A stretch of DNA of 64,000 nt from a virus (IMGVR_UViG_3300022217_000231:1779-65778), one strand, 5' to 3'; counted from the first letter of the stretch, positions 35,262 to 45,871 are shown. The notes: a model not told the origin generated them from the letters alone. Program-made: numbers and translations.

Positions 35262-36003
35262 TCATTTTACTATTGTTATAACTGGTAGAAATGCTGCATC
35301 TTATATTTCTAAATGTATTCAATCTGCTTTAAGTCAAAAATATGATAATTATGAAATTATCATATTTGATGCTTGTTCTAATGATGGGTCATATGAAATA
35401 GCTTTAGATTATGAAAATAATTTTTCTAAATATATATCCCTTATAAGAAATAGTGAAAGACAATATCAAGGGCAAAATTTATTACAGGGAGCAAAATTTG
35501 CTATTGATAATTCAATAATTATAAATTTAGATTCAGATGATTACCTTTATGATGATCAAGTTTTAAATAAATTAAATGAAGTGTACCAAAATGATATATG
35601 GCTTACATATGGAGGTGGATATATTCAATCAGATGGAAGAGACGTTAGAAATATATATTCTGCATATCCTCATGATGTAATAAATAATAATAGTTATAGA
35701 GAATATAGATGGTTAGCTTCCCATCTAAGAACTTGGAAAAAAGAATTATTTTTAAAAATAGATGAAAATGATTTAAAAGATTCTACTACAAATGATTTTT
35801 ATTCAATGGCACCTGATCTGGGCTTTATGTTTCCGATGTTGGAAATGGCAGGGTATAAAGCTAAATATATGAATGATTTATTATATGTCTATAATGTAGA
35901 AACACCATTTAATGAAAGAAAAATTAATCAATCTGAAATAGATAGGATTGAAAAAGAAGTTAGATCTAAACATAAATACTTATTAATAAAAGATTTAAAA
36001 TAA
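35251..36003 (+). CDS. GT2 family glycosyltransferase
   Basis: YI.KCI.S.LSQ.Y.NYEII..D..S.DGS; LDSDDYL; HLRTW...LF. Confidence 0.9.
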   Translation: MKNNHFTIVITGRNAASYISKCIQSALSQKYDNYEIIIFDACSNDGSYEIALDYENNFSKYISLIRNSERQYQGQNLLQGAKFAIDNSIIINLDSDDYLYDDQVLNKLNEVYQNDIWLTYGGGYIQSDGRDVRNIYSAYPHDVINNNSYREYRWLASHLRTWKKELFLKIDENDLKDSTTNDFYSMAPDLGFMFPMLEMAGYKAKYMNDLLYVYNVETPFNERKINQSEIDRIEKEVRSKHKYLLIKDLK

Positions 36004-36013
36004 AAAAGTTAAT

Positions 36014-36196
36014 ATGAAAATTTTACTTTTTAATAATCAAGAATGTGATTGTCAAGAATGGAAAAAGTATATGCCAATCATAGAAGAACAACAATGTATT
36101 GCACAAATTAAAAGTTATGTTACTTCATATCCTAAAGAAGGTATTTTTAAATTTTGTCCTTGGTGCGGTAAAGAAAGAATTACTATATGTCATTAA
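36014..36196 (+). CDS. Small zinc-ribbon protein
   Basis: C.C.EW ... F.FCPWCG. Confidence 0.55.
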   Translation: MKILLFNNQECDCQEWKKYMPIIEEQQCIAQIKSYVTSYPKEGIFKFCPWCGKERITICH

Positions 36197-38067
36197 ATAC
36201 TTTAATACAACAAAAAGAAGAATATTCAATAAATTATAAAAATATTATATCTAATGAGAATACTATTATTAATTTTGTAGATAATTCTATATCAGATATT
36301 AATATTTTTTTACCTATTAAAAATAGAATTCCACATATAAAATCTACTATATATTTTTTAAAAAGAGCTATTGATTTTTGTAGAAATAAAGCTTTAAAAA
36401 TAAAAATTTATATCTTAGAAAATGATAATCATCCACATTTAAAAAAATATGCTGAAGAAGATAATAATATTAATTATCTTTTTATTCCTTTGAATATTTC
36501 ACAATCTCAGGAAAATATAGCAAAATCTTTATTATTTAATATTGGATATAAATTATCCAATAGATCTAAATGGAATATTTTTCATGATTCAGATATAATT
36601 GTACCTAATTATTTTTTTAATCATTTAGAACAATATATGAGTAATAATCCTAATTGGATACAACCTTTTGCTACAAAACGAGTTATACATATAAATGAAA
36701 ATTTAACTAATAAAATATTAAATGATCCTTCTATTGGAAATAATATTGAATTAAATTGGAAAAATAATAAAAATGAATTTTCATATAAACATAAAGCAGG
36801 TGCTCCAGGTGGGTCGATTGTTATAAGAAATGATGTATTTGAAAATATAGGTGGCTATGATCCTGAATTATTTCATGGATATGCTCCAGAAGATGCTTTT
36901 ATTTGGATGAAATTAGAATCTTATACTAATAGTATTCAATCTATTCCTAATGTTATAGGCAATGCTATGAATATTCATAAAAATGGTGCCATATATTGCG
37001 ATAATCCTCCTATTTATCTATATCATTTAAATCATATTCCAAATTATTCTAGACATGACAAATTAAATATGTCTGATTGCTTGCATAATTTAGCTATAAT
37101 AACTGCTGAAGAAAAGAAAAAATTTTTAGAAAAATGTAAAGAAATATTTAATAAATTTGAAATAAATGAAAATACTACATACTCTATTATTAGAAAAATT
37201 CCCAATGAAGTAACTGTAAATTTATATGATACTGCATTTGCACATTTAGAAACACAAGATGGAAAATATTCTGTAGTACATGGTAAAAAATCAAACAATA
37301 TACATTATATAAAAGATAGATCTTATAATAAAGATAATAAAATAAGTATTTTTACTGAAGAATGTATTTTTTCAGAGGATGTAGATAAAGATAAATCTAC
37401 TAATAAAATAGGATGGTTAATTGAAACTAGAGAGGTTAATCCTAAAAAATATGAAACTATTATAAGAGTTAAAGATAAATTTAAGTTTATAATGACCCAT
37501 GATAAACTTTTACTGAAAACTTATCCAGATAAGTTTAAATTTTTACCATTTGGGGGTTGTTGGATACAAAATAAAAATTTTAAATTACATGACAAGCCTA
37601 AAATGCTTTCTATGATTTATTCATATAAAACTCAATTTACTGGTCATAAATTAAGACATGAAATAGTTAAAAAATTAAAAGAGAAAAAAATAAATATAGA
37701 TTTTTTAGGAAATGGATCATGTAGAAAAATTCAAACAAAAGAAGAAGGATTAAAAGATTATAGATTTTCTATTGTAATAGAAAATTCTAATACTTATAAT
37801 TATTTTACTGAAAAATTAGTTGATTCTTTAGCAACTGCTACAATTCCAATTTATTGGGGATGTCCAAATATAGGTGAATTTTTTAATAAACATGGAATTA
37901 TAACATTTACTACAATTAAAGAACTAGAAAATATATTATCTATTCTATCTATAGATTTATATAATTCCATGTTACCTTTTATAGAAGAAAATATAGAATT
38001 AGCTAAAAGATATGAAGTTAACGAAAATTTAATTTATGAATTATTTAAAAAAGAAGAAATAATATGA
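36187..38067 (+). CDS. Fused glycosyltransferase: GT-A (GT2/GT7-like) plus GT10 alpha-1,3-fucosyltransferase-like domain
   Basis: FHDSDI; GGS......F..IGGYD.....GY..ED; C-terminal K.EGL.DY.FSI.IEN....YFTEKL.D......IPIYWG.PNI..FF. Confidence 0.75.
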   Translation: MSLNTLIQQKEEYSINYKNIISNENTIINFVDNSISDINIFLPIKNRIPHIKSTIYFLKRAIDFCRNKALKIKIYILENDNHPHLKKYAEEDNNINYLFIPLNISQSQENIAKSLLFNIGYKLSNRSKWNIFHDSDIIVPNYFFNHLEQYMSNNPNWIQPFATKRVIHINENLTNKILNDPSIGNNIELNWKNNKNEFSYKHKAGAPGGSIVIRNDVFENIGGYDPELFHGYAPEDAFIWMKLESYTNSIQSIPNVIGNAMNIHKNGAIYCDNPPIYLYHLNHIPNYSRHDKLNMSDCLHNLAIITAEEKKKFLEKCKEIFNKFEINENTTYSIIRKIPNEVTVNLYDTAFAHLETQDGKYSVVHGKKSNNIHYIKDRSYNKDNKISIFTEECIFSEDVDKDKSTNKIGWLIETREVNPKKYETIIRVKDKFKFIMTHDKLLLKTYPDKFKFLPFGGCWIQNKNFKLHDKPKMLSMIYSYKTQFTGHKLRHEIVKKLKEKKINIDFLGNGSCRKIQTKEEGLKDYRFSIVIENSNTYNYFTEKLVDSLATATIPIYWGCPNIGEFFNKHGIITFTTIKELENILSILSIDLYNSMLPFIEENIELAKRYEVNENLIYELFKKEEII

Positions 38068-38906
38068 AAATACATAAAATATTAGTAACGGGTAATAAAG
38101 GTTTCATTGCTACTCATTTAATAGAATCTTTAAAATATAAATATCCAAAATCTAAAATAATAGGATTTGAAATAAATGATAATCCGTTAGATTTTAAATA
38201 TGAACATTATGATGTTATATTTCACTTAGCTTCTATAGCAAGAACCGTAGATTGTACTGAAGATCCATTTGGGCAATCTTTCAAATCAAATATAGAATTA
38301 ACTAATATTTTATTAAAACATTTTAGCTATGATAAATTTATATATGCTTCTAGTTGTGCTATATATGGAAATCAAATTGAGTTACCAATAAAAGAAAGTA
38401 ATTTACCAAACCCACCTAGCATATATGCAGCTCAAAAATTATATTCTGAGAATTTAATAAATATGTATCATCAAAAAATAAATAAACCTAGCATTTGTTT
38501 AAGATTATTTAATACATATGGAAAAGGGCAATCACAACTAGGCTCATATCCTAATGTAATAGCTTCAATGATTAAATGTTATAAAGAAAATGGATATGTT
38601 GAAGTTACTGGGGATGGAACACAAAGTAGAGATTTTGTCTATGTTAGTGAGGTAGTTAGGGCTTTTATTATGAGTATGAATATTGGAATATCAACAACTA
38701 TAAATATTTGTTCTGGTAAAGAAACTAATATTTTAACACTAGCTAGATATATTACTAATAAAATTCACTTTATTGAAAAAAGAGAATTTGATATATATAA
38801 ACAACGAGGAGATTATTCTTATGCTCAGAATTTTTTAGGATGGTCTACAACATTTACATTAAAAGACGACATAGAAAGGACTTTAAAATTTGAAGGCTTG
38901 TTGTAA
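38064..38906 (+). CDS. NAD-dependent epimerase/dehydratase (extended SDR)
   Basis: ILVTG.KGFI; ASS.AIYG; Y...K; R.FN.YG; G.G.QSRDFVYV. Confidence 0.9.
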   Translation: MKIHKILVTGNKGFIATHLIESLKYKYPKSKIIGFEINDNPLDFKYEHYDVIFHLASIARTVDCTEDPFGQSFKSNIELTNILLKHFSYDKFIYASSCAIYGNQIELPIKESNLPNPPSIYAAQKLYSENLINMYHQKINKPSICLRLFNTYGKGQSQLGSYPNVIASMIKCYKENGYVEVTGDGTQSRDFVYVSEVVRAFIMSMNIGISTTINICSGKETNILTLARYITNKIHFIEKREFDIYKQRGDYSYAQNFLGWSTTFTLKDDIERTLKFEGLL

Positions 38907-39708
38907 TGTACTACAAACAAATTCTAATTTAAATTTATGTTTTTCTCATGTACATATGTATAATTCAATAAATAAATATATTGAGTGCTATTTAGGAAAA
39001 ACTATTTTACAACCAGATACTACTCATTATATTATAATGGATTTAAGTAATAGTGTTGAAGAAAATTTAGATCATATCATAGAATTTAAAAAAAATGGTG
39101 GAATTGTCATTCTTATGGTTTTTGATCCTATATCATTTCCTAAAATAGATATATTTATTGAAAAAGAAGCATTGTCTAAAATTATTTTATTTGATCAAAA
39201 ATTTAAAGACAGATTTCCTATCCCTACTTTTATAAGTGATTATTTTTTTAATGAATCTATTTTTTCTAAAAATAAAACTTTATGTCAAGAAAAAAAATAT
39301 TGCATAATTGGACATTTAGTCCATGATAGACAAAATGATTTTATGCAATTATATAATAGTGTAGATTTAGAAAAAGTAGATAGAGGATTATATAATCATA
39401 AAAATTATAGCGACATATATAAAAAAATACAAGAATTTAATGGACTAGTAATTTTTGATAGTGGGATCGGTGAAGATGGAATTAAATTAGAACATTATAA
39501 TAAAGCTAAAGCTATTGAAGCTTTAATGTGTGGAGTTAATGCATACTGTAAAAATAGCATTAATACTAAATATTATAATGAATTCATTATTAAACCATTT
39601 GATGATATGAGACACACATTAAAACAAATCAAATTTAATCAAGAGCATATATGGAAAATAAATAAACGAGTTATAAATGAATTAATAGAAGAATGTAAAA
39701 TTATATAA
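38890..39708 (+). CDS. Hypothetical protein, possibly GT-B-like
   Basis: Embedded in sugar cluster; K..EALMCG motif near C-terminus. Confidence 0.4.
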   Translation: MKACCNVLQTNSNLNLCFSHVHMYNSINKYIECYLGKTILQPDTTHYIIMDLSNSVEENLDHIIEFKKNGGIVILMVFDPISFPKIDIFIEKEALSKIILFDQKFKDRFPIPTFISDYFFNESIFSKNKTLCQEKKYCIIGHLVHDRQNDFMQLYNSVDLEKVDRGLYNHKNYSDIYKKIQEFNGLVIFDSGIGEDGIKLEHYNKAKAIEALMCGVNAYCKNSINTKYYNEFIIKPFDDMRHTLKQIKFNQEHIWKINKRVINELIEECKII

Positions 39709-39732
39709 ATATTTTTAAAGGAATTAAATTAT

Positions 39733-40623
39733 ATGATAAAAAAGAAAATATTAGTTACAGGTGGATCGGGATTTATTGGCAGTCATGTAATCGATGAATT
39801 AGTAAATAGAGGGCATCAAGTAATAAGCGCTGATAGATCTATGAATTGGCAAAATGATAAAGCAGAATATTTTGAATTAGACATAACAAATAAAGTTAGA
39901 GTTGATAGATTAATAAAAAAATTACAACCTAATCTTGTTATTCATTTGGCGGGTATTCTTGGAACATCAGAAACATGGAATCATATTCATGAAACTATAG
40001 ATTCTAATATTCATGGCGCTATTAATATTTATGATGCGTGTGCTAAATATAATTGTGATATAGTGACAGTAGATGTTGGATCTAGATGGCTCTCCCCTTA
40101 TACTATTACTAAAACTACGGGGGCAGAATTTGCTAAAGGATATGGTAATAAGTATGATATTAATGTAGGAATTTTAAGAATTTTTAATGTATATGGCCCT
40201 AGACAAAGTACTAAAATAATTAAAATTGTTCCTAAATTTATTGAAATGGCTTTAAAAGATAGTGAATTACAAGTTTGGGGTAATAAAAATGCTGATTTAA
40301 TTCATGTTAAGGATGTAGCAAAAGCTTTTGCTAATGCTGTTGAAAAAATAGAAAAAATAAATGGTATTGAGGATATTTTTATTGGATCTGGTGAACAATT
40401 CACAGTTTATGATGTGGCTGAAATGATAGGTGAAAAAATTGGAAGTGGAATTATTAAACAAATGAATCCTAGATGTGGTGAAGAAAAAGCAGAATCTGGA
40501 TATATGAGTAATACTAAAGCCAAAGATATTTTAAATTGGGAACCTGAAATAAATTTAGAAGACGGTTTAAATGAGACAATTGAATGGTATAAAAATAAAT
40601 TTATGGATACCAAAAATATATGA
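39733..40623 (+). CDS. NAD-dependent epimerase/dehydratase
   Basis: ILVTGGSGFIGSH; Y.ITK; R.FNVYGPRQ; W.P...LE.GL..TI.W. Confidence 0.9.
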   Translation: MIKKKILVTGGSGFIGSHVIDELVNRGHQVISADRSMNWQNDKAEYFELDITNKVRVDRLIKKLQPNLVIHLAGILGTSETWNHIHETIDSNIHGAINIYDACAKYNCDIVTVDVGSRWLSPYTITKTTGAEFAKGYGNKYDINVGILRIFNVYGPRQSTKIIKIVPKFIEMALKDSELQVWGNKNADLIHVKDVAKAFANAVEKIEKINGIEDIFIGSGEQFTVYDVAEMIGEKIGSGIIKQMNPRCGEEKAESGYMSNTKAKDILNWEPEINLEDGLNETIEWYKNKFMDTKNI

Positions 40624-40768
40624 CTAAAATAGAATTGGTACAGAGAATAGGTGATGATATTTGTGAAGGGTGTGGGCCTGATCCTGATTGCGGAATAGAA
40701 ATATCAGAATGTGATCGTATAGATAATGCTATAACTATATTAGATGAATTTATTAATGAGGAATTAGA

Positions 40769-41242
40769 ATGAAATATTTTATTTTAACTTTAAAACATAA
40801 ATGGTTTGTGTTTTTAGCTGGTCTTAAAACTAAAGCTCCCTTATGGCGTTTAATTATTCATGATTAGTCTAAATTTATGCTCGATGAGTTACCTCATTAT
40901 GATAGACAATTCTTTGGTAAAGCGGATGATCCTGAAGGATTTATTAGATGTTGGGTAAGACATCAAAATAGACATCCACATCACTGGGAGTACTGGCAAC
41001 CAAGAACTGGGCATAATCGTTGTGATCCTCCATATCCTGATAACGAACCTATTCCAATGCCAGAATGGGCAGTAAGGGAAATGATAGCTGATTGGTTAGG
41101 AGCCAGTAGAGCATATGAAAAAAGATGGCCAACTAAAGATAATTGGCCATGGTTAGAAGCTAATTTAGAAAAAGTTAAATCTAGAGTTCATAAAGATACT
41201 GCTAAACTTATAGATAAAATATTAGAGGAAGTAGATTATTAA
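40769..41242 (+). pseudogene. HD-like phage protein interrupted by an in-frame TAG at 40865-40867
   Basis: MKYF...KHKWFVF.AG......WR.IIHD*SKF...E...Y...F is in frame with ORF 40877-41242 (W..H..R..HHWEYW...EM.ADW.GA). Confidence 0.65.
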
Positions 41243-41261
41243 TAATATACTTCCCCACTAA

Positions 41262-41501
41262 TTATTTTTTAAGTTTAAAGTTTATTCCTTCACTATTACA
41301 ACCACATCCTGTGCAACTAGAAGAATATATCATTTGATTACCATTATGAATACATTTTGAACATAAATTTCCATGTAAAGAATCATATGTTGATAATGCT
41401 GCATCTTTTATAAAATCTAAAGTTTGATCCGAAATAGTATTATTATGGGTTCTTAAAAATATATAAGCAGATATAATTTCTTTTCTATCTATCATTTTCA
41501 A
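41262..41501 (-). CDS. Early-cassette hypothetical protein (Cys-rich)
   Basis: GGAGATTGAAA RBS; C..C...C.GC. Confidence 0.55.
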   Translation of the reverse strand: MKMIDRKEIISAYIFLRTHNNTISDQTLDFIKDAALSTYDSLHGNLCSKCIHNGNQMIYSSSCTGCGCNSEGINFKLKK

Positions 41502-41509
41502 TCTCCTTT

Positions 41510-41833
41510 TTAAATTAATTTAACATCACTACTAATTATCATTGACCCATTTTTAGCTATATATTTATTTTTGTTATTGAAGTCTTTTTTAACTAAAATA
41601 ACCTCTCCTATTTTATTAGAATACCATAAATTTAAGCAACTGCAAGATAATATTTTTACTTTAAAATATGTATTTATTAATTTATTATATATATCTTCAA
41701 GATCTGAAATAGAATTACCCTCTCTTAATTTTTTAGCTTTTTCTCTAGCATCATCGAGTGATAGTCCTTCATCCATATAAATTAACCCAATTTTTACAAT
41801 TAAATCATTTTTTTTACTAGAAGTTCTAATCAT
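41510..41833 (-). CDS. Early-cassette hypothetical protein
   Basis: GGAGATTAAAA RBS. Confidence 0.55.
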   Translation of the reverse strand: MIRTSSKKNDLIVKIGLIYMDEGLSLDDAREKAKKLREGNSISDLEDIYNKLINTYFKVKILSCSCLNLWYSNKIGEVILVKKDFNNKNKYIAKNGSMIISSDVKLI

Positions 41834-41864
41834 TTTTAATCTCCTTTTTATTTATTATTATTTA

Positions 41865-42089
41865 TTATTTATTGACATTTAAAAATTTTTGAAACATTTC
41901 TTCGTAGTTACCACTACCAAAAGTTCTATTATTTTGATGACACCAATTTAAGAAAGCATATATAGTATCGGATTCATTGACATAAAGATCTTCTTCAAAA
42001 ATAAAGAAAATCTTTTCTGGATTAAAAGTTCCAATAGTTTTTACACCTTCACTTATCATAGTATAATTATAGAACCCAAGTTTTTTCAT
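41865..42089 (-). CDS. Early-cassette hypothetical protein
   Basis: GGAGATCGAAAA RBS; first gene after promoter copy 3. Confidence 0.55.
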   Translation of the reverse strand: MKKLGFYNYTMISEGVKTIGTFNPEKIFFIFEEDLYVNESDTIYAFLNWCHQNNRTFGSGNYEEMFQKFLNVNK

Positions 42090-42122
42090 TTTTCGATCTC
42101 CTTTTATTCTTTATTTAATATA

Positions 42123-42151
42123 ATTATATAATATCATAAACCTAAAGTCAA
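42123..42151 (-). promoter_or_regulatory. sigma70 early promoter module (copy 3)
   Basis: TTGACT-17-TATAAT. Confidence 0.8.
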
Positions 42152-42259
42152 GTAAATAATTAATTATTTTTTATTTATAATTATATTATATCAAATATTT
42201 ATTAAAAAGTAAATATGAAATTAATATAAATAATTAAAAAATTTTAAGGATATAGTATA

Positions 42260-42862
42260 TTGCAACTTATAGATGAAGTCTACGAAAAAATTCCTAATAT
42301 TGGTCAAAATAAATCTGAAATAACAAATTTAGCTAAATTTGTTCAATCTATTAATCCTAAAAATATTTTAGAAATAGGTACTCAATTTGGTGGAACTTTT
42401 TATTTGTGGTGTAAATTAGCTTCAAATAAATGTATTTCACTTGATTTACCTAATGGAATTCATGGTGGTATAGATCAACAATCAATTTTTAATAGAAATA
42501 ATAAATTTCTAAATGATTGGTTTCCTAATAAAAATATAACTTTTATTAGTGCAAATTCTCATAAGCAAGAAACCTTTGATGTATTGTTTGAAAAAATGCA
42601 AGGTGAAGAAGGATTTGACTTTTTATTTATAGATGGAGATCATACTTATGATGGTGTTAAACAAGATTATGAGATGTATAGATTTTTAATAAAATCTGGA
42701 GGATATATAGCTTTTCATGATATTAATAATATTGATGATTGTGGCGTAGATAAATTATGGAAAGAATTAAAAGGTGAAAAAATTGAATTTAATGATAAAA
42801 CTACTTGGGTAAAAAATTCTAATAAAATTATGGGAGGAATAGGAATAATAAAAAATGAATAA
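42260..42862 (+). CDS. Class I SAM-dependent methyltransferase (Methyltransf_24-like)
   Basis: ILEIGT..GGT; DFLFIDGDH.Y.GVK.DY......K.GG.IAFHD; late promoter at 42225. Confidence 0.88.
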   Translation: MQLIDEVYEKIPNIGQNKSEITNLAKFVQSINPKNILEIGTQFGGTFYLWCKLASNKCISLDLPNGIHGGIDQQSIFNRNNKFLNDWFPNKNITFISANSHKQETFDVLFEKMQGEEGFDFLFIDGDHTYDGVKQDYEMYRFLIKSGGYIAFHDINNIDDCGVDKLWKELKGEKIEFNDKTTWVKNSNKIMGGIGIIKNE

Positions 42863-43532
42863 AAAATGGCTATTAAGTTATCCTAGATCTGGAAGTAATT
42901 GGCTAAAATATTGCATTGAAGCCTTAACAAACTTTGAAGTTTCAACTTTAATAGATTGTAAAAAAATTACTGAAGACATTATTCTTAAAGATCATGGCCA
43001 CGTATCAAATTTTTGGAATAATTATAGTGAATTTGATACAATAATATTGATAGTTAGAAATTATAAAGAATGCATTACAAGACATATTGATATTACTAAT
43101 TATGATGAATTAAAAAAAGAATTTCAAAATAAAACTCCTATTCAAAGTGGAATTGATGATACTGATTTTATAATGTTATTAGATTTGTATGATAAATCTA
43201 AAGGACCAAAAATATTAATCTATTATGAAGATTTTATTTTAAATCCTAAAAAAGAATTAGAAAAAATATTAAAATTTTTATTGAATCTTAATGCTCATAT
43301 AAAAATATCTTTAAATGATTTCTTAATAAATTTTAATTCTCATAAAGAAAAAAGCATTCAATATTATAGAAATAATTTTAGTGCATCTATAACTAGAGGT
43401 GATAAAGATAAACTTTTTTATCATTCTAAAAAAATAAATATTGAAGATAGAAAAAAATTAGATAATTTTTTACAACATGAATATCCTGATCTTTTTAAAA
43501 AATATTTACAAAGGTATTTAGAAAATGAATAA
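42855..43532 (+). CDS. Sulfotransferase-domain protein
   Basis: 5'-PSB loop LLSYPRSGSNWL; IVRN..E; I.YED....P..EL.KI..F. Confidence 0.8.
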   Translation: MNKKWLLSYPRSGSNWLKYCIEALTNFEVSTLIDCKKITEDIILKDHGHVSNFWNNYSEFDTIILIVRNYKECITRHIDITNYDELKKEFQNKTPIQSGIDDTDFIMLLDLYDKSKGPKILIYYEDFILNPKKELEKILKFLLNLNAHIKISLNDFLINFNSHKEKSIQYYRNNFSASITRGDKDKLFYHSKKINIEDRKKLDNFLQHEYPDLFKKYLQRYLENE

Positions 43533-44421
43533 AAATATATTCATCTGGACAGAAATAATTAATGTAGGTAAAATTGGTAAAATTGCATTAGAATCATTTA
43601 GAAAATATCATCCAAATTTACATGTTTTTATTTATGGAAAATGGGATGACTTTGAATGGATAGATCCTCTAGAATTAGATAATGCAACATATGTAGCTTT
43701 AGGTTCTGATAATGATATAGTTCAATCATTTAATAAAGGTCATGAGGGGACAGCTAAATTATGGGCTAAATTAATTCAAGAAAGACCTGAAAAATATATG
43801 ATTCATTTTGATAGTGATATTATATTTAGAGGTGATGTAGTTCAAGATATTATAACTAGAATTGAAGAAGGATATGATTTAATAGGAGCAGTTCGTAATT
43901 ATAAAAATAATTTATGCCATAATGATGATGTTAGACATTTACAAGATGTTTGTGCTACTGGATGTTTTGCTTTTAATAGAGAATTAATTTCTAATTTTGA
44001 TTATAATACATTAACTAGTATGTGTCAAGGAATACATAATCCTTTAGGTCACCCTGTTATGGATTTCTTTGATCCTGTTATGTTCGATATTCTAAAGAAT
44101 GGTGGCAAAATATCATTCTTAGATTTTGATGATGTAGGTGGATGTAATAATCAAGGTTCTAGAAATAATAAATATTCTGAACTCAACAATATGAATGCTG
44201 CCTTTAAAATTGAATTTGGCGAGAAAATGTCTCACTTTAGTGCTGTTGGATCTGGAATGAATTTTTTTCATAATTCAGAAAAAATAAGAAATGTTCCAAG
44301 TAGTTATAGAGATTATGCCATAGATAGGTATGCATTATTTTGTAAAATATTTTATAATGAAGATATTGGTATAGATGTTAGTCAATATAATAGTTTATTC
44401 AATGGCATTGAATGGTATTAA
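43525..44421 (+). CDS. GT-A fold nucleotide-diphospho-sugar transferase-like protein
   Basis: Y.IHFDSDI.F DxD motif; located in glycan cluster. Confidence 0.6.
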   Translation: MNKNIFIWTEIINVGKIGKIALESFRKYHPNLHVFIYGKWDDFEWIDPLELDNATYVALGSDNDIVQSFNKGHEGTAKLWAKLIQERPEKYMIHFDSDIIFRGDVVQDIITRIEEGYDLIGAVRNYKNNLCHNDDVRHLQDVCATGCFAFNRELISNFDYNTLTSMCQGIHNPLGHPVMDFFDPVMFDILKNGGKISFLDFDDVGGCNNQGSRNNKYSELNNMNAAFKIEFGEKMSHFSAVGSGMNFFHNSEKIRNVPSSYRDYAIDRYALFCKIFYNEDIGIDVSQYNSLFNGIEWY

Positions 44422-44569
44422 TCTCTCAAAATTATTAAAATTACTGTCGGAATCATAAAGGCATAAAATTCCCATTGAAAAATAGTAATATTAAAGAGTA
44501 AAATTGTACTCATACCTAACCACAGAGGTAATGCTGAATATTTTATTATTTTATAAAATTTATTCATTT

Positions 44570-44597
44570 TAATCTCCGTCTATTTTAAACATTTTTG
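44570..44597. repeat. 28-bp direct repeat, copy 1 (copy 2 at 45647-45674)
   Basis: TAATCTCCGTCTATTTTAAACATTTTTG exact at both sites; includes the minus-strand GGAGATTA RBS. Confidence 0.85.
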
Positions 44598-44731
44598 ATC
44601 AATATTATGACATTTTTTCTTTAAATGACACTCTATGCATCTTTGCATAAAAATATTATCATCTAAAATATTAATAATTTTTGTAATTTTATCAATATTT
44701 TTATAATTATTTTCAATATTTTGATTTCTAA

Positions 44732-44944
44732 TCATAACTTACAATTCTCATCATAACAATTACCATTTATTATTGGAGCTCCACAACTACAATGACTGTT
44801 TTCATATGGGCAATTTATACTTGGTTTTTGATCTATTGTTACTGATTCATATCCATATTTTTCTTTAATTGGTATACAATATCCCTCAAAAAATCGTTCA
44901 CATATACCACATATTTCTGGAGTATTTCTATATTCTTCAATCAT
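44732..44944 (-). CDS. Early-cassette Cys-rich hypothetical protein
   Basis: C..C....C..C.C....C. Confidence 0.5.
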   Translation of the reverse strand: MIEEYRNTPEICGICERFFEGYCIPIKEKYGYESVTIDQKPSINCPYENSHCSCGAPIINGNCYDENCKL

Positions 44945-44947
44945 TTT

Positions 44948-45331
44948 TCAATCACCACTTATAATTTCAGTTATTATTTCTTCCCCAAAAAATCTTCTTT
45001 CGCTTAAATTAAGATTTTTTAATCTACCAACAACAACGCCTCTACCACCTACAGATGACATAAAACTAGTTCCAGGTGTTTCAATAATATATCTATCTGC
45101 AATGTCAAATGGAAAATTATAAGTTCTTGCTTGTTCGCCGTGTTCCCATTCATAAATAGTTGCCATTAGAATTTGATGGCAAGAAAAATTACATCTAAAA
45201 ATTCCATATCTTCTATCATATACAAAAGGATAAGACATATCAAATTCTCTAAGTGGAATTGGCATAGAGGCATAATCACTAATATCCCACCATTGTTCTT
45301 CAGTAATAATTTGTATATTCATAATATTCAT
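44948..45331 (-). CDS. Early-cassette hypothetical protein
   Basis: 127-aa ORF in minus-strand cassette. Confidence 0.5.
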   Translation of the reverse strand: MNIMNIQIITEEQWWDISDYASMPIPLREFDMSYPFVYDRRYGIFRCNFSCHQILMATIYEWEHGEQARTYNFPFDIADRYIIETPGTSFMSSVGGRGVVVGRLKNLNLSERRFFGEEIITEIISGD

Positions 45332-45452
45332 TCTTAATTAACTTTATTTATATTATGACATTTCAATCATTCTCTCTAAAACTTTTACAACTCTTTTCTA
45401 TGTTGTTTTCATCTTTCCATATTTTCTAGTGGACTTGCTGCTGATTTATTTA

Positions 45453-45644
45453 TTATCTGTCTAATGACTCCTGATGACATTCTCTAAGAAAATTATCAAG
45501 TGTTGGTTTGTTGTCCTCGATGAATTCTTTTCTAGCTTCATCTATCAATATCCCATAAAACTCTATAATTCGTCGACGATGATTACCTTGAATTACTATC
45601 CTACTTGCAATTTTCCTTAACAACCATTTTTGAAAGTTAGTCAT
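45453..45644 (-). CDS. Early-cassette hypothetical protein
   Basis: Preceded by the GACGGAGATTAGT RBS repeat. Confidence 0.55.
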   Translation of the reverse strand: MTNFQKWLLRKIASRIVIQGNHRRRIIEFYGILIDEARKEFIEDNKPTLDNFLRECHQESLDR

Positions 45645-45871
45645 ACTAATCTCCGTCTATTTTAAACATTTTTGTAATTTTCTCAATATAGACATATCTA
45701 TCGTTAATTATTCTTACTAAATAATAACTCTAGAATACTAACAATTCCTGCAAATAAAATAATTAATGGAAATAAAATAATTTTCCCAGCCAAATTCATA
45801 TGAGATTTCTTACCTAGTGTACATATCCATGGTAGTATTACTTTTTCATATTTAGTCATAATATTTTATTA

